This document shows, one piece after another, positions 49,271-57,000 of a stretch of DNA of 64,000 bases. A program made the position numbers and the translations under genes. Source of the stretch: a virus; the IMG/VR virus record IMGVR_UViG_3300043420_000984, positions 27,487 through 91,486 of that record, one strand, 5' to 3'. The notes under the pieces are model-generated. The model was not told where the DNA came from and made no database searches. It saw only the letters and a list, made by a program, of their open reading frames with translations. The first letter of the stretch is position 1. Each line of letters opens with the position of its first letter.

Positions 49271-49423
49271 ATGACCAAGACCAAACTCGACATGTCTGCC
49301 ATCCTCGCCCGCTACACCCAGCAGGTCATCGCTGAGGACCAGCGCTGTCGGGCAATCCGTGAGGGTCGCCTCCCTGCCGCTCAGGGACAGTCGGGCACCT
49401 GGAACATCAGCGATCGGGACTGA
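49271..49423 (+). CDS. Hypothetical early protein
   Basis: Single-gene cassette. Confidence 0.6.
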   Translation: MTKTKLDMSAILARYTQQVIAEDQRCRAIREGRLPAAQGQSGTWNISDRD

Positions 49424-49463
49424 CCCGACCTGCCTGTAGAATTCTCTCAGTTCAGACAACCCC

Positions 49464-49595
49464 ATGAAAACCGCCTTCCTCCTTCCCGCCGCCTTCGCTG
49501 CCCTGATCATCGGCACCCTGTTCGCTGGGCACGTCGCCAGCGAGATGCACACCCAGCGGGCAGTAGAGGCACACCTGCAGCAGACCGCCAACTGA
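49464..49595 (+). CDS. Small membrane/secreted peptide (copy 2)
   Basis: Paralogue of 46723. Confidence 0.65.
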   Translation: MKTAFLLPAAFAALIIGTLFAGHVASEMHTQRAVEAHLQQTAN

Positions 49596-49645
49596 TCAGG
49601 GGTCGCCCCCCATGCTACACTAACCAAGACACACACAGACAGACC

Positions 49646-49822
49646 ATGCCCAAGCGCAACCCCACCTGCTTTCGCCTCGCCTCTGACCTCGCCACCCGTG
49701 AGCGTGTATGGGTCAGCAGCAACCCCCTCACTGGTCAGGGTCACACCGCTGCCATGATCGCAGGCGCGTATGCTGAGCACTTCCACGATGAGGCAGTCGC
49801 TGCCCTGCCCACGTTCGGTTGA
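49646..49822 (+). CDS. Hypothetical early protein
   Basis: 58 aa after a TGcTACACT -10 box. Confidence 0.55.
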   Translation: MPKRNPTCFRLASDLATRERVWVSSNPLTGQGHTAAMIAGAYAEHFHDEAVAALPTFG

Positions 49823-49839
49823 TTTCTCTACACTAACTG

Positions 49840-50013
49840 ATGACAGACAAGCAACTAAAGCGCCTGGCAGCAGCGAACGATTGGACCCTCGCCCGTAGGG
49901 GCAAGCACGAGATCTGGAGACGTGGCAGGGTGGAGCAGATCGCCATACCCTACCGACCCAACCACCAGACCGCCCGCCTCATCGGCCGACGCCTAGAGGC
50001 AGCGCCTGCCTGA
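49840..50013 (+). CDS. HicA-like (mRNA interferase fold) small protein
   Basis: MTDKQLKRLAAANDWTLARRGKHEIWRRGRVEQIAIPYRPNHQTARLIGRRL, translated by hand; not in the ORF track. Confidence 0.55.
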   Translation: MTDKQLKRLAAANDWTLARRGKHEIWRRGRVEQIAIPYRPNHQTARLIGRRLEAAPA

Positions 50014-50171
50014 CGCCGTGGGGGCACACCCGCCCCCTGGCAGTTATTTTATAACGTTATCGTTATAACGGCGGGGCCGAGCGAAAAGTTCGGGTCCTTC
50101 CTAACCTACAAACGTTTCCCAGAGGGGGCTATTTTGTATGCTATAATATTCGAAAAATAAAAAATTTCGCC

Positions 50172-50684
50172 ATGAAAATTCTCCCCACAAAGTTCGCAAG
50201 GTATTCAGTATCGGATACTGGAATAGTTTTCAGGGATGGTAAAGAATTAAAAAGTCATCCCAGGGGTGCCATTACAAATAACGGCACAAGGTATCAAGCA
50301 GTTAACATATCAATCTATGATGAAAACGGAAAGTTTGCGAAACAAATAAAGTATTACGTACATCGCCTGGTTGCCGAAACATTCATAGAAAATCCAAACA
50401 ATTTATCAGATGTTGACCATATAGATCGAAACAAAGAGAATAATTGCGTAGATAATCTACGATGGTGTAGTAGAGTAGATAACATGGCATGGAACGCCAA
50501 AAGATTTAAAATTACCGATGTAAAAACTGGAAGAGTTTACGAAGGAGATAATAACATCACATGGATCAAAGAAAATTGGGAATGGATCTCAAAGAGGACT
50601 AAAATGGACATAGTAGATTATACTAAGTATCTAAACTATAGAAAGAAGGCATGTGGTCTAGTGATTGAGAAGTATGACCGATAA
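50172..50684 (+). CDS. HNH homing endonuclease (NUMOD4/HNH type)
   Basis: YSVSDTG.V...VHRLVAETFIENP...VDHIDRNKENNCVDNLRWCS..DN; upstream TGcTATAAT. Confidence 0.9.
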   Translation: MKILPTKFARYSVSDTGIVFRDGKELKSHPRGAITNNGTRYQAVNISIYDENGKFAKQIKYYVHRLVAETFIENPNNLSDVDHIDRNKENNCVDNLRWCSRVDNMAWNAKRFKITDVKTGRVYEGDNNITWIKENWEWISKRTKMDIVDYTKYLNYRKKACGLVIEKYDR

Positions 50685-50732
50685 ATATTTCTGAAAAACC
50701 CGAATTAAAAAAATTCGCCCAGAAAAAAAATC

Positions 50733-50978
50733 ATGGAAAAACCCGCGTTTGAAAATTTCGATAATATTCTTAGTAACTTTGATGCTTTCTGTGATGAGTT
50801 TGAAAATCGTGCCGCAGAGGCATTTATGAGAGGAGATCAAAATGATGGAAGAGTTACAAAAGCAGCAGCAGAGTCTGGAGAAGGCACTCCTAGCGTTGTC
50901 CGAGAGATTGCAGAGCCTGGACCAGCGGATATCGCAATTAGAGCGCCCATCATTAATGTATCGCCGCCCATCGAGTAG
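50733..50978 (+). CDS. Hypothetical late protein
   Basis: Follows ATAAATA at 50681. Confidence 0.55.
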   Translation: MEKPAFENFDNILSNFDAFCDEFENRAAEAFMRGDQNDGRVTKAAAESGEGTPSVVREIAEPGPADIAIRAPIINVSPPIE

Positions 50979-51072
50979 AGATTATGAAAGTCTCTCAGAT
51001 ACTTTAGATTATCTTCACAATAATGTAGAAGGTATTAAGAAAGATTTACTAAAAGTCGCTAAAGCAGTCTAA
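50842..51072 (+). CDS. Coiled-coil hypothetical protein
   Basis: GAGGAG RBS; TAATG coupling to the PAAR gene. Confidence 0.7.
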   Translation: MMEELQKQQQSLEKALLALSERLQSLDQRISQLERPSLMYRRPSSRDYESLSDTLDYLHNNVEGIKKDLLKVAKAV

Positions 51073-51374
51073 TGGCAGTAGGAGCAGCAAGAGTTGGAGA
51101 TGCAGTTGCAACTGGTCATCTCTGCGATACCACAACAACAATCGCAAGTGGTGCCACTACCGTATTAATTAATGGCAGACCAGCTGCGAGGGCATTGGAT
51201 CCCCTCGCACCCCATACCAGTGGTATTCCTCCAATATGTCTCCCACACTCTGCTGTAGTCAATGCAGGTCGTCTGGATATTTTGGTAGAGGGGAAACCAT
51301 TGGCAACATTTGGAAGTTCTGCGGATGCTGGATCTATAACATCTTCTTCTGAGAATGTTGCAGTATCAATTTGA
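51072..51374 (+). CDS. PAAR baseplate spike tip protein (T4 gp5.4-like)
   Basis: AARVGD, GH, VLINGRPAAR, PH. Confidence 0.9.
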   Translation: MAVGAARVGDAVATGHLCDTTTTIASGATTVLINGRPAARALDPLAPHTSGIPPICLPHSAVVNAGRLDILVEGKPLATFGSSADAGSITSSSENVAVSI

Positions 51375-51409
51375 ATATGTTAAAATAATAGAGTCAAACG
51401 TCAAAGAAT

Positions 51410-51556
51410 ATGGCAAAATCTAAAATTGGTATCAGCGGTCTGAAGTTTGAGCCTGGTCCTCCTAAGAAATCCCGTCAAGGTCGTTCAAAGAATACCAGTC
51501 TCAGTGCTACATCCCGTAATGGACGCAAGAAGCGTTATCGTGGTCAGGGGAGTTAA
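51410..51556 (+). CDS. Small very basic protein
   Basis: PKKSRQG...RNGRKKRYRGQG; upstream TTGCAG-N17-TAAAAT. Confidence 0.7.
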   Translation: MAKSKIGISGLKFEPGPPKKSRQGRSKNTSLSATSRNGRKKRYRGQGS

Positions 51557-51650
51557 TCTCCGAGAACGAAAGCGCCGAGAAACTAAATATTTAAAGAGAT
51601 AGCAACCTCTCTAAAAGTTCTGGAAACAGACTCTTAGAGAGGTTATTTTT

Positions 51651-51857
51651 ATGGGACTCTTCCCTGTAGATAAAGGCAACGATTTCTTAGAAGAAGGTAG
51701 AACACTAATCACAGAAACAGACAGTGAGAGGTATCTACAAGCGCACCAGAAGCGCAAGAAAAGGGATGAACTATACGATCTACCAGAGGACAGAATGAGT
51801 CGCCCCTGTGGCGGTCCTGGGGGATTTGATGATTTTGTAGAGCGTTGGCATCAGTGA
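51651..51857 (+). CDS. Hypothetical late protein
   Basis: Follows CTAAATA (51583) and a hairpin leader. Confidence 0.65.
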   Translation: MGLFPVDKGNDFLEEGRTLITETDSERYLQAHQKRKKRDELYDLPEDRMSRPCGGPGGFDDFVERWHQ

Positions 51858-51864
51858 ATAAATA
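51858..51864 (+). promoter_or_regulatory. T4-type late promoter (ATAAATA)
   Basis: Intergenic, 24 nt upstream of gp25. Confidence 0.7.
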
Positions 51865-51888
51865 ATAGCATCCTACTGTTGTGTCTAA

Positions 51889-52281
51889 ATGCCAACTTTT
51901 CAGACGTTCAAAGATTTGAGCGTTACTTTTAAGAAGCATCCAGTTACCGATGATCTAGTCACGGTAAAAGATAAGGCAGCTATCGTGCAGTCGATTACTG
52001 CCTTGCTTCTTACTAGGAAAGGAGAAAGACCATTTCAACCTCAACTTGGTTGCGGCATTCAAAATGCATTATTTGAACCACTAGATTATGCAACCGCTGG
52101 TCTAATTCGTTCAGAAATTGCTGAAGTTTTAACTAAGTATGAACCACGAATTTTAATTGAAAACATTATCGTTAGACCAGACGATATGAGTAATGGATAT
52201 GAGGTAGAATTATTTTACAGAATTGTTGGCAGAGATGATGTACCAGTAGCCGTAGAATTCTTCCTAGAGCGTACTCGATAA
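51889..52281 (+). CDS. gp25: Baseplate wedge subunit gp25
   Basis: HPVTDDL...AI.QSI..LLLT.KGERPFQP.LG...YEPRI. Confidence 0.92.
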   Translation: MPTFQTFKDLSVTFKKHPVTDDLVTVKDKAAIVQSITALLLTRKGERPFQPQLGCGIQNALFEPLDYATAGLIRSEIAEVLTKYEPRILIENIIVRPDDMSNGYEVELFYRIVGRDDVPVAVEFFLERTR

Positions 52282-54077
52282 TGCCATATACACAAGTTGC
52301 TAATCTGGACTTTGAAGATATCAAAGCAGCTCTGAAAGATTATCTCAGAGCACAATCCGATTTTACGGATTATGACTTTGATGGATCGGTATTATCAACT
52401 ATTATAGACACTCTTGCCTATAATACGTACTACACAGCATTTAACACCAATATGGTGATAAATGAGTTGTTTATTGATTCTGCTACTCTAAGGGACAATG
52501 TAGTAGCAATCGCAAAGCAACTTGGTTATAGACCAAAATCAATAACCTCACCAACTGCTTATGTATCATTTACTGTTGATTACACAAATCCAACAAATGA
52601 TACTGAACTTTTATTAAAAAAAGGAACTGGATTTATTTCTTCATTTGATAATACAATCTATCAGTACGTTGTGTTAGATGATGTAAAAGCTTTAGTCTCA
52701 AACCAAAAAGCAATTTTTGAGAATGTTGCTCTGAGAGAAGGAAATCAGATTGTCAGTACCTTTACTGTTAACACTTCGTTAACAACACAAAGATTTATTT
52801 TAGATAACACGAATATCGATACCAATACTATTAGAGTTAAGGTTTTCCCAACTGGAGGATCTTTCAGTGAGCCTTATCTTGTAGCAAACAATATTATTGG
52901 AATAGATGGAAATTCTAAGATCTTTTTTATCGATGAAATTGAAGACCAGAGATACGAATTACTCTTTGGCGATGGAGTTTTAGGTAAGAAACTTGAAAAT
53001 GGAGCAAGAATTGAAGTTTCTTATTTGAGAACCGCTGGTCCAGAATCAAATGGTGTTAAAACATTTGTTTTCAGTGGTGTTTTAGAAAATCCAGATGGAG
53101 TTTCTCCAAATGCATTTGATGTAACCATTAATTCCACAGTTGCAGCATCTGGTGGAGAAGAATTAGAATCAACTAGCAAAATTCGTTATAACGCACCAAA
53201 AGCATATGGTACACAAGACCGCGCTGTGACCGCCCAGGACTACTCCGTGATCGTTCGTAGGGTATATCCCTCTACAAGCGATATAATCATCTTTGGAGGC
53301 GAAGATCAAGACCCCCCACAGTATGGAAAAGTTTTTATTGTATTAAAACCCAAGGATGCATCATATTTGACATCATTAACCAAGAAGCAAATTACAGATG
53401 AAGTAAAGAAGTATGTTGTTGCATCCGTAGAACCAGTTATCGTAGATCCTTCTATTCTGTATGTTGAGATTGATAGTAAAATATTTTATAGTGGGGTATC
53501 AACAGATCAATCTCCGTCTCAAATTAGAGACAAAGTTATTGGTTCGGTTCAGAATTATTTGAATACTACAGACACAGAAAAATTTAACGGCAAATTTAGA
53601 TATAGTAAAATTGTTGGTGTTATTGATGATGCAGATCGTAGTATCAATTCCAATTTAACTACGGTAACAATGAGGAAAGATTTTTACCCTCAACTCAATT
53701 CGACATTCTATTATGAGATTTGTTTCCAGAATGCATTTGATATTGAATGTGATGATCCTGTTCTTTCAACAACTGGATTTAGAGTTACAGAATACCCCAA
53801 TTTTGATGTCTATTTGGAAGACAGGGATAGCAAAATTGTCCTATATAGACTAGATGCTGCAACTGGTGAAAAGGTCGTTCTCGACAAGGAAATTGGAGAT
53901 ATCGATTATGAAAAAGGTGAACTCAGAATATACAATTTGACTATTATTAAAGGAACATCCTTTGATAATCGTATTTCCGTAAGAGTAAAGCCTCTTTCGA
54001 ATGACATTAAGGCACTCCGCGAGGTTTATCTTGATGTTGATGTAGCAAATTCAAGTTTCATCGCATACAAAGAGTAA
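52281..54077 (+). CDS. gp6: Baseplate wedge subunit gp6
   Basis: LDFEDIK..L..YL...FTDYDFDGS, FGDG..G, QDRAVT..DY, PPQYGKVFI. Confidence 0.93.
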   Translation: MPYTQVANLDFEDIKAALKDYLRAQSDFTDYDFDGSVLSTIIDTLAYNTYYTAFNTNMVINELFIDSATLRDNVVAIAKQLGYRPKSITSPTAYVSFTVDYTNPTNDTELLLKKGTGFISSFDNTIYQYVVLDDVKALVSNQKAIFENVALREGNQIVSTFTVNTSLTTQRFILDNTNIDTNTIRVKVFPTGGSFSEPYLVANNIIGIDGNSKIFFIDEIEDQRYELLFGDGVLGKKLENGARIEVSYLRTAGPESNGVKTFVFSGVLENPDGVSPNAFDVTINSTVAASGGEELESTSKIRYNAPKAYGTQDRAVTAQDYSVIVRRVYPSTSDIIIFGGEDQDPPQYGKVFIVLKPKDASYLTSLTKKQITDEVKKYVVASVEPVIVDPSILYVEIDSKIFYSGVSTDQSPSQIRDKVIGSVQNYLNTTDTEKFNGKFRYSKIVGVIDDADRSINSNLTTVTMRKDFYPQLNSTFYYEICFQNAFDIECDDPVLSTTGFRVTEYPNFDVYLEDRDSKIVLYRLDAATGEKVVLDKEIGDIDYEKGELRIYNLTIIKGTSFDNRISVRVKPLSNDIKALREVYLDVDVANSSFIAYKE

Positions 54078-54081
54078 TTAA

Positions 54082-57000
54082 ATGGCTGCTAAGACCAAAA
54101 GAATTTCTACTCTTGTTGAGTCGCAACTCCCAGAGTTTATTTCTACTGAATATGAGCTTTTCGGAAAGTTCCTTCAGAAGTATTATGAAGCTCAGGAAGT
54201 ACAAGGCGGTCCATTGGATATTATAAGTAATATCCAAAAATATTCTGATATTGATTTTTACGAAAAAAATTTACTAAAGCAAAATGATGAACTTGCTGTA
54301 GGAATAACAGCAACTGATAATATTATTGTACTAAACGATGCATCTTCTTTCCCAGAAAAGAATGGATATGTCAGAATTCAAGATGAGATCATCTTTTATG
54401 CTTACAGAACAGACACGACATTAGAAGAATGTTCTAGGGGAGTTAGTGGAAATACCACTCTAGGAGATTTATACTCAGAGTCTGATTTTAAGAGTACTTC
54501 AGCAGCACCACATGTTGCTGGACATAAAGTACATAATGTAAGTAATCTATTCTTGTATGCTTTTATAAAAAGTTTCGAGAATCAATATCTAGGATCTTTT
54601 CCAGAAAAATATTTGAAGGGTGATGTAGATAAAAGAACCCTCATCAAAAATATTCAAAAGTTTTACAAGACAAAGGGAACTGATAGCTCTATTAAGTTTA
54701 TCTTTAACACCATTGTTGCTAAAGATATTAACAATAAACCATCTGTATATAATCCAAAGGACTTTACATATAAGTCATCTAACTCAGATTGGGTCAATAT
54801 TTACGCATTAAAAGTAAAAGTTATTTCTGGAGATCCAAAAAATCTTATTGGATTGAAGATTGTTCAAAACCCAACTGATGAATATGATTATGCTTCTGCT
54901 ACTGTAGATAATGTATTTCCTGATGGAACAATTGATGGTGAAAGAATTTGGAACATTGTATTAGCACCAGAGACTGTTAATGGTTCATTTGCTATTTCAA
55001 CAAAAACTAGATTAGAAAAAGATTTATCTTCTACTGAAACTACAGGAGGAAGAGTTGATGCTTTCTCTACAATAGGGTGGGAACCTGTTGGTGAAATTTT
55101 AATTGAAGAAGAAGTAATAACATTTGAAGATAAAAATGCAACTCAGTTTTACATTAAAAACAGGGGTCCAGTTCCAGTAGAGCACAAACAAGGATCTTCG
55201 ATTTATAAACCAGTTATCATTGACGGATCTGGGATCAAATTATTGACTTTAGGAGTCGTTTATAATTTACTACCATCCACAAAAAACCCATATTCGTCCC
55301 CAGGAGATAAAATTCAAGTTTCCAATCCAGGATTCGAAACTTCAAATCAAAAAATAGTAAAAACTGGAACTAATAATCCAAGATGGATATTAAATCAAGG
55401 AAATCCTATTATTTCCCCAACAAATACTTCTGTACAGAATTCTCTCAATCAAGTCAAGTCTGACGTTTCGGGAATCTTTGAAGATGATCAGTATTATTAT
55501 ATTGCTAGTTCTAGTTACCCATCTTACAAAATTCTTGATGGTTCTACGGTAACACAGAATGTACAAGATCAAAAACTACTTAAAATTATTAGAAAAGAAT
55601 CAACAAGAACAACAGAAATTTATCAGTCTTCTAAGAGAGATGTTGGTATTCTTGTAAATGGTGTTCCTATTTACGGATTTAGAGATACAGAAAGTATCAG
55701 ATATGGAAAATTAGAAGAGATTCGAGTTAATACTCGTGGTAGAGGTTATAACAATCCACCGTTTGTTCTTATCAATGGACAACCAAATAAAGCTAGGTCA
55801 TTTTTATCTGGACAAGTTTTAGACAGAATTGTAGTTACTACGAATGAAATCTTCTTGAAGGAACCAGATATAACGGTAACTTCTGGATTTGGAGCAGAAG
55901 TTAGAGCAGTCGTAACTAAAGGAGAAATTACTAGTCTTGTTATTGATGATCCTGGAAAGTTTTATTCTTCTCCACCATTAGTTCAAATTAGAGATAATGC
56001 AGGTCAAGGAAGATTTGCAAATTTCACTGCAGTAGTCGATATCAATGGTAAAATTATTGATTTCATCAAAGTATCTGGTGGAAATTTTTATACACAAGAA
56101 AATGTTGTTGTTGATATAATTCCAGTTGGATCTGATGCGACTGCTATTCCCGTATTGAAAGAATGGAATTTCAATAGGTTTGAAAAATACAAAAATAATT
56201 TGGATGATCAGTATGGTTTCTTGTTTGAGAACTATAATAGACTTTTAGAATATGGATATGGACATGTTGGAAATCCAAAAGCTCTTAGAGTTTTATTAAA
56301 TGACAATTTATCAAATTCTGGTGTTGCGCCACAAAATCCATCACATTCGCCAGTAATCGGTTTTGCTTATGATGGAAATCCAATTTATGGACCATACGGA
56401 TATGAGAATGGTCTTGATTCTTCTTCACCGATTGTCAGGATGACATCTAGTTATGTTTTGAATGCAAATAGACAAGATAGACAAGATAGACCACCAATAT
56501 CTAGGTATCCTATTGGATCTTTTGTGAATGACTACACATATAAGCATAGTAGTGGATCACTAGATAAAAATAATGGAAGGTTTTGCGTTACACCAGATTA
56601 TCCAGAAGGAGTTTATGCATATTTTTTAACTATTGATTCTTCGCAAAACCCAGTATTCCCATATTTTATTGGTGAGAATTTTTATTCATTGCCTGTAGAT
56701 AGTAACTATAATTCAAATATCAATCAAAATGATTTACCAAAAAATGCCAAGAGATTTTTCGTTCCTGGTATGCCTGGAAATGGTGGTGGTTTAATTGCAA
56801 AAATTAATGAAGTAAGATCTGGGTCAGTTGATAGAATTTCCATTGATTCATCCTCAGATAATTTTTCTGTCAATTCTAAAATTTATTTTGATAATAAAGG
56901 AACTGAAGGTTTTGATGTTGAGTCAATTGTCTCATCTGTAAAAGGAAAAAATGTAAATTACTTAGAAAGCAAAGAAGATAAAGTAGTAAAACTCACTACA

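Larger units (their letters stand above)
18572..49442 (+). promoter_or_regulatory. Dispersed family of about 35 early-promoter modules: dyad GTG(A/C)CA-N10-TG(G/T)CAC, 29-32 nt, -10 box
   Basis: Dyad starts at 18572, 21092, 23943, 24893, 25555, 30329, 33633, 34241, 36497, 36967, 37208, 40778, 41649, 42001, 42267, 42524, 42780, 43133, 43835 (no rightward -10), 43935, 44250, 45248, 45513, 46137, 46386, 46642, 46838, 47104, 47446, 48126, 48406, 48685, 48936, 49187, 49384. Some copies are degenerate. Confidence 0.85.

Noticed and set aside
46160-49420. HIP1 (GCGATCGC) enrichment
   Set aside because: Only near matches such as GCGATCGG were noticed.
44299-49423. Shared 'MPIMTSVQT' N-terminal peptide in several tracked ORFs
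   Set aside because: It is a translation of the -10 box and leader (gtgccTATAATgacctcagttcaaac); the real starts are the downstream ATGs.
18572-49442. TGGCAC as a sigma54 -24 box
   Set aside because: No TTGC at the required spacing, cyanobacteria lack sigma54, and TGGCAC is one arm of a dyad linked to sigma70-type -10 boxes.
45513-49460. CRISPR array or classical integron
   Set aside because: Repeats are degenerate promoters separated by 130-450 bp genes; there are no uniform spacers, cas genes, attC cores or integrase.
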